64,000 nt of DNA from Eledone cirrhosa (GCA_964016885.1 OZ024741.1:202120001-202184000); one strand, 5' to 3'; shown: positions 25,901 through 40,143, counted from the first letter of the stretch. Numbers and translations: made by a program. Notes: generated from the letters alone by a model not told the origin.

Positions 25901-26386
25901 GCAGTGCTACCGGGGAGCTTTGCCAGTTCGGGATAAACTCTACAGGCATGGAGGTGCCGTCAGCCGGGCATGTCCGAGATGCGCGCAGGGCGACGAAACC
26001 GTCTTGCACGCACTCGTCCAGTGTCCGAGCATTGCTGACTTGTGGGTTTATGTCGAACATCTGCTGTCGCATGTGGGACGGATCCAGCTATTAGCTGAGT
26101 CCATCGTGAGGATTTCCCCGCCCTCTTCCTTTAGCCGGGAAGGGCAGGCAGTTTTTATCTGTCTGGTGCCATGGCGAAAGAGATAGTATGGTGGACACGT
26201 TTGAAAGGGCTGAACATGAGCACTTACCTCTTCGGTGATGCCCTGATTAACTTTTTCAAATTTCATTTGAAAAGGAAAATCAGGGTAGAAAGGGAAGTGC
26301 TCTCTTCCCAGCATTTTGTTGAAAGATGGGTGAGAGAGGCAAGAATGGCCCGAGTGAATGGGCCTACTCTGAGTATGTGTCTGTAA
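22967..26386 (+). pseudogene. Tx1-like ORF2 (APE-RT-zinc finger), frameshifted
   Basis: SINARGL, SETR, VGDWN, YLDR, TDH; KSPGLDG, FRPITLLN, DQSKAFD, RQGCPLS, AYADD; several single-base shifts, one in a G run at ~24968-24979. Confidence 0.9.
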
Positions 26387-26618
26387 ATTAAAGGTGGAAA
26401 ACTGGGAGAGAGCACTTGCCCTGGTGGTCAGGGTCACTATGGCTTTTTAATGGGCTTTCTCCACGAATGTCCCTCGGAAGTCTCCCCCCTATTGGGGAAT
26501 TTTTCTTTGTTATTTTATTACATCCTCTGTTTTTTTTACACGCAGAAATGCCCATTTGTACCGTCCTGTATTATCCTGTACTGTCCTTAATGTAAACCCT
26601 TGTGGTTAATAAAGAAAA

Positions 26619-26665
<47 letters not shown>

Positions 26666-26666
<1 letters not shown>

Positions 26667-29600
26667 AGTTGCATTTATCTTGCTTTATGTTCATACGAGT
26701 TATCACCAAGTCACAACCAGTGACCTCAAGAGACAACAAGGTCCGCCATGTTCAAGAAAGAACATACATATTCACACATGCATCTTTAGTGTTTAGACTT
26801 GTGATGTACTTATATTGACAGAATCTTCCTTAGTATATGGGCAGTTCCCATTAGTACTATCTTTTGTATTTCTCCTATACGCGGGTTTCCTGGGATTTGC
26901 GATAAGTAATCATTAGACCCCTTAGGTATCATTCCCAGAGCGCCTACAACCACTGGTATTGTTTTAGTTCTCAATTTCCACATTTTTCCAATTTCTATCT
27001 CCAGGTCCTTATACTTGCTCAATTTTTCAAATGTTTTTATAGATACATTCTTGTCTATTGGAACAGACATATCAATTAGCAGGCATACCCTCTTTTGAAA
27101 GTCTTTCAATATTATATCAGGTCTGTTTGCATCTATTTTTCGGTCTGTTTGGATGCTAAAGTTCCACAAGATTGAGATGTGATCTTTTTCAAGTATGGGA
27201 GGTGGTTGATGCTCCCACCAATTCTTTTGATGGGGCAGGTCAAAATGCTTACACATTATCCAATGTATGTATTGTGCAGCTCTGTCATGCCTGTTTAGGT
27301 ATTCGGTTGGAGCTATAGGACTGCACATTGAAATTATATGGTCAATGGTCTCTGGTTGTTTTTTGCATACACGGCATAATGGGCTGCACCCATTTTTTAT
27401 TATGTTGGCTTGGTAATTTTTTGTTGGCAGACACTGATCTTGTGCCGATATAATCAGTCCTTCAGTCTCCGATTTCAGTCCAGAGGATGCCAACCACTGA
27501 TGGGTTAAAGTTTTGTCAACATCAGGATTGTTAGCTCGCTCTGGGTATTTTCCATACAGAGGCTTTTCTTGCCATTTCTTAGCCAGTTTCTGTAGCAGTT
27601 CTTTCTTTGCAGTTACTTTTACCTGCTTTGCTTTTTCTGTGTTTTCCATTTCAGCAGTAAATGGGACTTCTGAAATTTGTAGTCCATTACTGTATCTTTG
27701 TGCATCTTTTGTAATGGAATATGATCTTTTGATGCTTTCGTGTTTCAAAACGAGTTTGATCATCCAATCATGTGATTCCCTTAGATATGTAGATAATCCA
27801 ATTGTTGCAGTTTTCAACGCAATGTCTAACTGGATTAACCCACGTCCTCCTTCTTTCCTAGGGAGATATATTCTATCTATATCTGCCTTAGGGTGATGCA
27901 TTCTGTGCATGGTTAAGAATTTTCGAATTTTTGTATCGAGCCTACGGATCTCTGATGACATTGTAACTGTAGGTTACTACTGGTATGGCAAGCGTGTTTA
28001 TGGCATCGATCCTATTCCTTGCATTCAATTCCGTTCTTAAGATTGCTCTTACTCTGCGGTAACATTCCTTCCTTATCCTTTCCCTCATTGTCGAGTGCTT
28101 GATTCCGTCTCCTTCACAAACACCTAGATATTTGTAAGTTTTTTCTTGATCAAGTTCTCTTATCACGTTCCCCCGATCAAGATTAATGTCTGAACTCTTC
28201 AGCAGCTTTCCTCTGGTGAACGTTGCTTTGGCGCATTTATCTAGTCCAAACTCCATTTTAATGTCATCACTGAACTGCTTCACAGTGGATAATAGCCCTT
28301 GCAATTGTTCATCATTTTTTGCAAATAGTTTCAGGTCATCCATGTAGAACAGGTGATTAATGGTTTTGTCATAGACTTTATATCCATGTTTTGTTTCATT
28401 GAGCATTTTACTTAATGGTATAAGTGCGATGCAGAATAAAAGCGGTGATAAAGAGTCACCCTAAAAAATTCCACAATTAATATTAACTTCTCCAGTTTCC
28501 AGTGATTTTGTTTCACTATTCAAAAGGAGTGTCGTTTTCCATGTCTTCATACTGAATGACAAAAACCTCCTGACAACGGGGGATATTTTGAAAATCTCTA
28601 AACATTTTTCAATCCAACTGTGTGGCAAACTATCAAATGCTTTTTTATAATCTATCCAAGCAATTGATAGATTTTTGTGTCTATTATGACAATCTTCCAG
28701 TATCATTTTGTTAACCAGAAGCTGATCCTTACAGCCATATGAGCTTCGTTTACACCCTTTCTGCTCAATGGGAAATAGGTCATTTGTTATCAGGTGGTCA
28801 TATGTGTATTCAGTTAGGACTGATGTTAAAATTTTATACATTGTGGTCAAGCAAGTTATCGGTCTGTAATTTTTGGGATTGTTTGTCTCATCATTCTTCG
28901 GAAGCAGGAATGTAATGCCGTTAACTAGCCATGAAGGTATCTTTTCTGGCTCCTTAACTATTTCATTGTAAAGTTGGGCTAACAGCTCATGAGACTCTGT
29001 GAAGGCATTTATCCAAAAGTTTTGTATTTTGTCTTTTCCTGGGGATTTCCATTTGCTGGTTTTTCTTAGAGCCAAGCGCAACTGTTCAACTGTTATATTT
29101 TCCCATGTTTGTTCCTCAAGGTGAGCTGTATCTTTCATTTGTCTGTCTATCCATGGGGCATGTATGTTATGAACTTTTTCTTCGGCCCAGATCTTTTCCC
29201 AGAATTCTTGCACTTCCTCCTTGGGTGGTATTGATTTAGCAGTTATTGTTGACTTACCAATTTTTCTGTAGAAGTTTCTTTGGTTGTTTTTGAACATATT
29301 ATTGTCCTTATAGAATCTAGATCGTTTTTCAAAGCGCCTTATACGAGCAGCTTTGGCCGACACTTTTTGCTTGATTATTTCTATCAGCATGTCTATGTCA
29401 CTTGTTGGTTTTATACTGTACTTTCTTTTCAATTTTCTAAGTTTAGTTTGTTTAACATGTTCACCTACTTTATAGTTTGTTAAAATTTCTATGTCAGATC
29501 GGAGAAGGTTTATTTGGCGATTGATGTTCTCTTGCCAAGTAGATTTCTTGTGGGAATTCCTTTGTTTTTTCATCTTCACTCCACATAAGTGAGTGGTGAC

Positions 29601-30510
29601 TTTAGCCGATGCATAATAGAGATGATTTAAATCAGTAATGTTTAGTTTGTTTGTGATGATAATGTTTTTGAGAATTATGTTAGTCTTGTGTATTATCTTT
29701 TGGTTCTGTTTGGAGTTCTGGATCTTAGGGAGGGTGTCTCGTTGCCCCATGTCAGATTCTTTCATTTTCATCCATTCGATCATAATTTCATCCTTCAAGT
29801 TGGCAAGTTCATTCTCATTCATTTCTTTATCATTTACGATCTCATTATTTTCATTTGGAGTTTCATCCTGAGCATGCACTCCCTCCACTTTTTTGATCCT
29901 TTCTTTAATTTGTTCTGTTGCCAGTGATTCCGCCCCAACCCTGGGATTCGAAGTGTTACAGTTTACCTCGTTTTCACTGACACATGTTTCATTTTCCCTT
30001 CGCTGACTTTGTGCTAATAGCTTGATCTGATCAATTTCTATATCAGTTAGTAACTTTTTTCTTACAATATTTCTTCGTATATTGGCTAGTTTGTTACTGT
30101 CAATATAGCCTCTGTTTTCGGGATGTTTCTTTTTCCAGTTGATATATGTCTGTTCTGTATTCGATGTATTTGATGGGTAGTACATGGCAGTGTAGAAAGC
30201 CTCAAGGACTTCTTTATTATCTTCCCTTGACCATTTTTCTCTCTTTTTCTTTGGATTTCTTGGTGGTGAGCATGGAGGGCCAACAGTAGGAGTATTCCGG
30301 TTATGGGAGGTCTCCAGCTCCGAAGTGATGGGAAGGTTTGAACCATTAGCTGATTTTTCGACCCCAGTCTGGTTCCTCTCTGAGGGACGCGGCCCTTTTT
30401 TACCCGGGTGATGGCCGATCCGGTATGAGATTTTATCATTAGACATTTACTTTATTTTGTCGCGTTTTATCCTTATCCGCCAAGGGGTAATCATTTCGTG
30501 TTACCACTTC
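26666..30510 (-). mobile_element. Near full-length Dong/R4-type non-LTR element in (TAA)n
   Basis: Single RT + CCHC + restriction-like endonuclease ORF; TAA repeats abut both ends. Confidence 0.85.
26810..30446 (-). pseudogene. RT + restriction-like endonuclease ORF with two lesions
   Basis: YRPITCL, WIDYKKAFD, GIF*GDSLSP (stop 28461-28463), FYMDD, CRVC..ETIDHI..C, RHD, RPD..LID..K..KY; frameshift near 27950. Confidence 0.88.
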
Positions 30511-30535
30511 TATTATTATTATTGTTATTATTATT

Positions 30536-30677
30536 TCTGTTATCAAACTTTTTACACAAACAAAACAAAACAAACAAACCCACGTTGTATCGTCATGTAC
30601 CGTCTTTAATGTTTTCTTAATGTCAGCTCTTTGAGACTAATAAAGAAACCCTTATTATTATTATTATTATTATTATA
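30536..30677 (+). mobile_element. Short 3' end of another (TTA)n-tailed LINE
   Basis: ttgtatcgtcatgtac..aataaagaaa + (TTA)n resembles the Tx1 3' ends at 20640-20762 and 26555-26665. Confidence 0.55.
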
Positions 30678-30720
30678 TAAAAAACACACAGTCCACGCTG
30701 TAAAGTGGTCGTGTAGGTAA

Positions 30721-31347
30721 CCAGATTGTTGAACGTATATACTTACTTAATAAATGTTCGGTGAATCCATACGTACATATATATGTGTGTGCATGTGTGT
30801 ATATATATATATATACATACTACTGTACGTCTGTATACATATATGTATGTACGTGTACATACTTATATTTAAGTAACAGCCGTACTAAGAGTGGGAAATG
30901 AAATTTCGTTTCATTTTTTCCGTTTATCGTTTTCGGTGCACCCGGCCGATTAACCCACTCAATATGCAAATTGGGCTACTCAGCCGTTAATATGCATAAG
31001 GTAAGTATATACGTTCAACAATCTGGCAGGAAGGTATACGTTGCTGACGGTAGCTAATAAGCTTGAAACTAGTACAGCGTTCCTTTGTCAGTGTTGAACA
31101 AACGAGCAACGATGGTTGCTGGACACTACGGCTTAATACGGGATGTTTGTTTACAAACACACTGAGCATTATAATAAATGTTCGGTGAATCCATACGTAC
31201 ATATATATATGTGTGTGCATGTATGTATATATATATATATACATACTACTGTACGTCTGTATACATATATGTATGTACGTGTACATACTTATATTTAAGT
31301 AACAGCCGTACTAAGAGTGGGAAATGAAATTTCGTTTCATTTTTTCC

Positions 31348-31352
<5 letters not shown>
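30721..31352 (+). mobile_element. Non-coding HHR element with ~180-bp terminal direct repeats (retrozyme/pLTR-like)
   Basis: 30749-30927 is repeated at 31174-31352; HHR lies between; 30721-30749 is an inverted copy of 30997-31026. Confidence 0.7.
31038..31080 (+). ncRNA. Minimal type I hammerhead ribozyme motif (one core change)
   Basis: acgttg-CTGACGG-t-agct-aata-agct-t-GAA-ACTAGT-A-cagcgt. Confidence 0.75.
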
Positions 31353-31412
<60 letters not shown>

Positions 31413-31774
31413 TCTAAATATATATATATATACATACACATAATCATACATATATACACACGTACATACACACACATACATACACACATATATACACGCA
31501 TACATACGCATACACAAATATAGATATATGTACACACACACTACATACGCACACACACAATTAATTGTAAGAAAGAATATAATAATAAAAATACCGTCAC
31601 ATAAGAATAAAAATAAATGTAAAAATTATTATAGTGTTGACAGCGATACAGGCAACAAATAAATGAACGAACACACGTGGTAAGCAATACACACAATTGC
31701 ACATACACATACATACATAAAAATAAATACATACACACATACATATACACATACATACACATACACATATACAT

Positions 31775-31834
<60 letters not shown>

Positions 31835-32223
31835 TGCCCCCCTCGTTATCGAGTATGGCCATTGCACGATATACCATTATTAATAATTATTAATTAATTC
31901 TATCGTGTAATGCCTGTGCGTGAAGATATTTTTTAAAGTGAGGAAAAACTGTGCACTGAGCCAATCCCACTCTCTGAGCGACAATAGCTACAACCCGAAA
32001 AGAAGAAAAGATCAACATCATCGGTAACTACTGAGCCGCAGGTTTTATATCGGAGTTATCCCAGTTTCCTGAGTTACCTTCTCCTAGAAGAATGCCCTGA
32101 CAAAGGCTAGGGGTCCTTCACTCCCATATACATACATATATATATACATACATATATACATATATATATATACATACATCCATACATATATATATATATA
32201 CATACACATATACATACATATAT

Positions 32224-32808
32224 AGTGGCTGCCAACTCCTTTTCGAGTACGGCCACTACTTTATATCCATGTAGGAGTACCCCTACCGATGCGCTGAACG
32301 ACTTGAAATCTCTGGTACAAACACTACACCTGTGACAATTATTGACACATAGTGCTGGGCCCATGGTACCATGTGATGACAAGTGCAGAGAGATCTCCAG
32401 ATATAAAGCAATGCCTGTGCCGTGAAGCTTTTATAGTGAGCAAAGGCACTGCACAAAGCCAGTCCCACTCTCTTAACCAAGATGATATTTACCAAAAATA
32501 AGAACAAGTCAACATCATTGGATACCATCAAGGTTGCAAGTGTTATATCAGAGTTTTCCTTCTCCTAGAATTCTGCCTTGACAAAGGCTAAGGGGTCATC
32601 GCTCCCAGTGATTTTGAATGGCCATTGACTCTTAAGAGCTCCTTTGCCCTTTGACAGGTTTTGCTTTTAGTCCTGCAGGATGTCCAAAGTCACCCTCCTC
32701 ACCAAGAAACCTTGGTGGGGTTGCCAGTTTAGTCGCCAACGACCCGACCATGAGGCAGGTTGTACTGGGATACATGTTACCAGTAGCACCAACTGGTGAC
32801 CTGACATA
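32224..32808. repeat. Unclassified ~590-bp non-coding interspersed repeat, copy 1
   Basis: Highly similar to 36297-36909; diverged partial copy at 31830-32125; flanked by microsatellite. Confidence 0.85.
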
Positions 32809-32954
32809 ATATATATATACACATATATATATACATACAAATACCCACACAAATACATATAAATACATACACACACATGTATGTGTGTAAAACTCATTCT
32901 TAGATGTATTTATTGAACCTTAAATATATATATACACACACATATATATATATG

Positions 32955-33116
<162 letters not shown>

Positions 33117-33189
33117 TATATATAAGAAAATACATAAATATTATATATATATATAAAAATAAAAAGGTGAAAGGGGTAAACAAATAGTT

Positions 33190-33715
33190 GGGAATACGAC
33201 AAATAATAAATAAATAAATAATTAGAAAAGGGTATAAATGTTTATAGCTGATTTAGAGCACTCAACATGTTCCTGGAGCAAACGATCAATGAAAATAAGC
33301 ATTAAATCACTGTATGTAATTATGCATATACATACGCATACATATATACATATACATATATATATACACACACACACACAGAACCATACAAACACACACA
33401 TATATGCATACATATACATACATATACATATATATATACATATAGGAAAAAGTATGACCCCGACGGCAGAGCTCAAGCCGTTTCTGAGGCTATTATATAT
33501 ATATACACAGATAAACAATTATATAAAAATACACATATACACACACCCACACATATCTACAAAAAGTTACGTCAAAGAGTTACGTCACCACCTTAATAAA
33601 AATACACACACACACATATATATATACACACACACACACACAAATACAACAGAAGCATATAAAATACAATTATATACACACATACATATACATACAGATA
33701 TATATAATTATATAT

Positions 33716-33797
<82 letters not shown>

Positions 33798-34805
33798 GCA
33801 ACACACACACAGAAATAAATATCTAAAAATAAAAAAGGTGGGTATATAAAGGGAGATAAGGGAGAAAAAGAATATAAGAGTACAGAAAGTGAGTTCAGAA
33901 GGTAAAAAAATCGTAGTGGATGTAAGGCGTAGAGAGCAGAGAAGAAGTTCAAGTGGTTGAGTCATCGTAGGAATGTCAATCCAGTTACAAATCAGATGTG
34001 ATTTCAGGTGAGGACAACATCTGAAGATCTCAGTCTTGGAGTTCAGGCAAGTTGAAGTGGCTTTCAAGTTTTGTAAAATCCTAAATTTTTCAGTGGTACA
34101 CAAAGAACAATATTTATGCCCCTTTGGTACTACCTCGAATGGTCTAAAATAGACCAATCGATAGAGTACGGGATGTTTTTATCCTTGAATTCCCACACCT
34201 TATTTGCGAGAGCCGTTGCTGTTCTTTTATCGGAGTGTTTAAAAGAAGCGACATGTGCATAAAACCTGGTTTTAAACCTGTCCTGAGTCATGCCAACATA
34301 TCGTTCACTCCTGGCTGGCTGGTTGTTAATTAAAGGTGTCACTTTGGCCTCATATACAACGGATTTGGTGTTACATTTGCCCTGTAATGGGCATTCATCC
34401 GGCTTCCTGTAACTGCATCCTGGATTTATTCTCGTACGATTAGAATTAGTGATTTTAGACTTCATAGATGGGCAGCAAGAGTAACTGATTTTAACTACAT
34501 TTCTATTAAATATCTTATAATATCTATGATTAGGAGGAAAATGTTTGTCTAAGAGGTCAAGGAATTTCCTTCCTACATTAGTTTTGAGAGTTAGAGAGAA
34601 GGGGGGTGTAAACCAAATAATTTTCCTTTTCCTATTATTGTGGTTAGTTTTAGGGGGGAGGGAGTAGGTAAATAATTAATATGTTCTGTAAATCCGCTGT
34701 TATTAAAGGCTTTATTATAATAAGGGGCTGCTTTATTAAAAATGTCTAGAGACGAAGATAAGGTAGAAATCCTACGGCTAATGTTGTGAATATAAGGTAA
34801 GTTAT
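33190..34805 (-). mobile_element. 5'-truncated Naiad-type PLE (RT thumb + GIY-YIG), frameshifted
   Basis: RISTLSS..AAPYYN; CPLQGKC..SVVYEAKV..YVGMT..FKTRFYAH..SF..W; CSLCTTEK..LN..E..CPH. Confidence 0.8.
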
Positions 34806-34882
34806 TCCGAGTTGAATCGTACGTAACCACAGTAAGTAAGGTACTCAATACATAGCAGAGTATAAAAGTTTTAATATAGATG

Positions 34883-34934
34883 AGATTGTACAGGACTAGA
34901 ACTGTTTCGTTTCTTTAGAAATCATCAGGAATCT
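34883..34934 (-). ncRNA. Type I hammerhead ribozyme motif with 4-bp stem III
   Basis: agattc-CTGATGA-tttc-taaa-gaaa-c-GAA-ACAG-ttctagtc-CTGT-A-caatct. Confidence 0.65.
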
Positions 34935-35349
34935 GGTTGTCCAAAATAAATGTTGTGGTATTTATATCTTTTCATGTGGTAGGAGAGGGTGGGGAGTGGG
35001 ATAGGTGGAGGTCATTGGTTGAAAGAAAAGGGAATTCATTAAAAGCTAATTCTGTAAGGCTATAATTTATATTTATAGTGACAAAGGCAGAAAGAATTCT
35101 ATAAACAAGTTCAAATTGGGGTGCCACTCCTTATTTTTAAGTTTCTTTTAAGCTAACAATTCCTACATTTCAGGTGTCTGTAAGATGGTTGGGGGGTCGG
35201 TCATGGTTGATGGATTTAAAGAAAAGGGAAATTCTTTAAAAGCTATTTCTTTAAAGCTCTACTTAGAGTGACGAAGGCCAAGAGAATTCTATAAACCAGT
35301 TCAAATATTGGGTGCCTATTGTCATCATCTCAGGTGTCAACAGACAAAT

Positions 35350-36296
<947 letters not shown>

Positions 36297-36909
36297 TGGT
36301 GTCTGCCAACTCATTTTCGAGTACGGCCACTACTATATATCCATGTAGGAGAACCCCTACCGATGCGCTGAACGAGTGTGACTTTTTAGTCCAGCCAACA
36401 ATTTGAAAACTCTGGTACAAACACTACACTTGTGACAATTATTGACACATAGTGCTGGGCTCATGGTACCATGTGACGACAAGCGCAGAGAGATCTCCAG
36501 ATATAAACCAATGCCTGTGCCGTGAAGCTTTTATAGTGAGAAAAGGCACTCCACAAAGCCAGTCCCACTCTCTTAACCAAGATGATATTTACCAAAAAGA
36601 AGAACAAGTCAACATCATTGGATACCATCAGGGTTGCAGGTGTTATATCAGAGTTTTCCTTCTCCTAGAATTCTGCCTTGATAAAGGCTAAGGGGTCATC
36701 TCTCCCGGTGATTTTGGATGGCCATTGACTCTTAAGAGCTCCTTTGCCCTTTGACAGGTTTTGTTTTTAGTCCTGCAGGATGTCCAAAGTCACCCTCCTC
36801 ACCAAGAAACCTTGGTGGGGTTGCCAGTTTAGTCGCCAACGACCCGACCATGAGACAGGTTATACTGGGATACATGTTACCAGTAGCACCAACTGGTGAC
36901 CTGACATAA
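36297..36909. repeat. Unclassified ~610-bp non-coding interspersed repeat, copy 2
   Basis: Same termini as 32224-32808 plus a ~25-bp internal addition. Confidence 0.85.
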
Positions 36910-36930
36910 CATATATACATATATACATAC

Positions 36931-37029
<99 letters not shown>

Positions 37030-37209
37030 TATACATATATATATACACACATATATATATATACACACACAAACATACACATACATGCCCATATGTAGGT
37101 ACATATGAACGCATGTACACACAACGATACGCATACAAACGAACGGCCACTCATACAAATACATACAAACATGTACTCATAAATATACGCATATACACAG
37201 GCACATAAA

Positions 37210-38520
37210 AACAACTCTACAAGCAGAAAATGCAGATAGGTAAGAGGTACTTACAAAACCATAGTGTCGTGTTTCAGGTTGAGAAGGGGTAGGGGGTAGG
37301 GTGGGAAGGAGGTAGAGGGGCTATCTTGTCGGGTGGCGTTTAAAAAGAAAAAAAAGAGGAAGTCGTTTTTAGCCATCGGGCATTATCACTGGCTTAAGGT
37401 ATTTGAAAGTTGCAAAGTGTTTGTGCATTCAGTTCGGGCAGTGTTCAGAGAGTTTGTTCAGTAGCGGGCTTTTAGCGATTAATATTTCGTAACTCTCTGA
37501 GATACAAAGGTCGCAGCACTTGTGTCCTCCGTTGTATGAGTGCGCTTTCTGGAGTATTTTCCATTTAAGCGCGAAGGGGGTGGAGTTCATTTTGAGGTCC
37601 CAAACAAAGGAGGCGAGTGTTGTCTGATTTGATTTGTCCGGTCCTCTGAAGGAGTGGGTATGGGCATACCACCGGGTCTTAAAGTTATTGGAAGTCATGC
37701 CGATGTAAGTCTTTTTGTTGTTGCAATCATCGATGCCTGAGATGACATCGCATTTGTATACGATATTATTTGTCAGGCATTTGTTTTCAAGTGGGCAGGC
37801 TTCCTTATTTAGGCAATTGCCTAAATAAGGAAGCCTGCCCACTTGAAAACAAGGCCTCAGTCCGGGGATTGGGTTCGGAGGTGGTTGGCTTATTTAATTT
37901 TTTAGAATTGAGATTGGCTATATTCCTAGCTAGGTTAGGTGTAGTGGAGTAGGAGAGTCTTATTGTGTTCTTATTAAAGATGGTGTAGTACCTATGTTGT
38001 ATGGGGAAGTGTGTGTTCAGCAAAGTGAAGAAAATCCTAGCTATAGGTGTAGAGACCTCTCTATTGAAGGGAGCGTTGTACCAGCTAATCTGCCTATGCC
38101 TATTTCTCCTATTCAGTCTTGCGGTGGTTTCTAGGTAAATTATCTTTTCTTTAAATACGCTGCGGGCGAAGGCGTCAATGTAGTAGGAGGCAGAAGCGTT
38201 AAATATATCTTCATTGGCCGAGAGGCCGGAGATTCTGATAGAGACGCTTTTTATTAAGTTATCAGTGATGTTTTGGGGGTGGTTAGAATTAACATTAATA
38301 TAACTAAGGGACTCATTAGTTTTGTGGTACGGGTAATAGAAGGAAGTATCTAGGTCGAGAGTGACATCTAAAAAGTTGGCCCTAGTCATATTAGATTCTA
38401 TAGTTATACTAAATCCTAGATTACGGAAGTACGAGTTTAAGTTTCTCCGAAACCCATCGGTGGTTCTGGGGTTAACCTTGTGCAGGGCGAAGACGCCTCT
38501 TCGTATTTTAGTCTTCACAT
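37210..38520 (-). mobile_element. 5'-truncated Naiad-type PLE (RT C-terminal half + GIY-YIG)
   Basis: NFLDVTLDL, SNHP, ISWYNAPF; CPLENKC..IVYKC..YIGMT..FKTRWYAH..CDLCISE..LN. Confidence 0.85.
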
Positions 38521-38589
38521 TTATTATTAATATTTGGCTCCTTCAGTTGAGCACTCTTCAGACTTTGAACCTATATGAAAAAACAACAT

Positions 38590-40075
38590 CTTAATATTTC
38601 TACGAAAATATACCCAGTACCTAGCAGGAAGACGTACTTAAAAATACTCATTAAAAAATGGATTCGTTCCTTAAAAGCGCACATTCTATTTCGATAACCA
38701 GGATAAAGCAGACAGAAACCAGGATAAGTTTGGTTTTAAAACATATAATAACCCTCCTAGCAACCCAGCTTTGTTACCTTTCGAAAACGACGTAATGGAA
38801 CTCATGCGGAGAATCAAATTTTGAAACTAAAGCAATTCCTTCCAACATGACTTGAAGAATAGAATTCGCCTGATAAAGGATTCTAATGCCGTGTATCTCT
38901 ACTCCAATAAAACAGGTAATCTATACCAAGTAGAGGGGATAATTTACCATCAACTGCTACATAACGCTGTGACCAAGGATTACCAGAAAACCGATCGGAG
39001 TGTTATTAATGACATCAACGATGCTGATTTAGATATCACTTCGGAACTTAATATCCAGGACCGGACTGAACCTCTGGACCTCTGGACCCAATTTCTCTTC
39101 ATTCTACCCTGAAGGATCACAAACCCAATTTTGTTAACTCATCTATTAACTTTATTAACCCTAAATCTGATTTAGGTAGACTTAGTAAAATAATTTTAGA
39201 TAGGATTATACAAAAAATTAGAGATATGGCCCCTCTAGCCTGGTGGAATAATTCTTTCACGGTGATTGATTGGTTAAATGACATATGCAACAAAGAACAT
39301 TGCCGTTTTATCCAATTTGACATCCACAACTACTACTCTTCCATCACTTTACCACTTCTTCGAGCTATTAATTTCATCAAAACACTCATGGTGGTTAAGG
39401 ATTTTGAAGGTGATGTCATCTTAAATGCTCGTAAATCAGTGATAAATTTCTATGACTCTATTTGGCTTAAAAAATCAAATAGTACCCCATTTGATGTTAG
39501 TATGGGTGCCAGCGATTTGGCAGAAGTCACAGATCTCATTGGCATATTCTTACTCTTTTCAATCAAGGAAAAATTCCATAATGTAGGTGGTCGCCTGTAT
39601 CGCGATGATGGTCTTTTGACCATGACTAAGTGCAGACCCTACGCTATCGACAGGTTTAAGAAGGAATTTATCGCTTTCTTTAAAGACTTCAACCCCTCCA
39701 TTCAAGTTGAGGCCAACCATTCAGTCGTGAACTTTCTCGATCTAACACTCATCTTGTCAAATGGCTTGAACTACCCATATAGAAAGCCTAATGATATGCT
39801 AAATTACATTAGTAATTATTCTAACCAGCCAGCCAGCATAACCAGGAACCTGGTAAAAAACGTTTCATTGAGGCTTTCACGTCTGTCAGCAAATGAGCAT
39901 ATCTTCACAGATCATTCCACATATTACAATGAAGCTCTAGCTCGGAGCGGATTTGTTGATAAGGGAGAATATACTAAGTACAAGCATAAACTCCATATAA
40001 TATGGAGGTGGCCACACCAATAGCAAAAATCTTTCTCTCTTTAATTAAGAAGCATTTCCCCTTAGCACACAACAA
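38590..40075 (+). mobile_element. Degraded Naiad-type PLE RT, 3'-truncated
   Basis: KFGFKT..PP..LLPFEND at ~38727; FIQFDI, MGASD, LYRDD, NFLDL in 39226-40023. Confidence 0.8.
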
Positions 40076-40079
40076 ATAC

Positions 40080-40143
40080 AGTGTAGTATGTTCGTATGGT
40101 GGAATGCTACTGTGTGTGTGTGCGTGTGTATGTGTAGTTGTCT

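Larger units (their letters stand above)
20763..26665 (+). mobile_element. Apparently full-length Tx1/L1-clade LINE with (TTA)n tail
   Basis: 5' UTR, ORF1, ORF2, AATAAA and (TTA)n at 26621-26665. Confidence 0.9.

Noticed and set aside
30340-30510. HDV-like ribozyme at the Dong/R4 5' end
   Set aside because: Local hairpins are present (cggcc/ggccg, aacca/tggtt) but no full double pseudoknot could be built.
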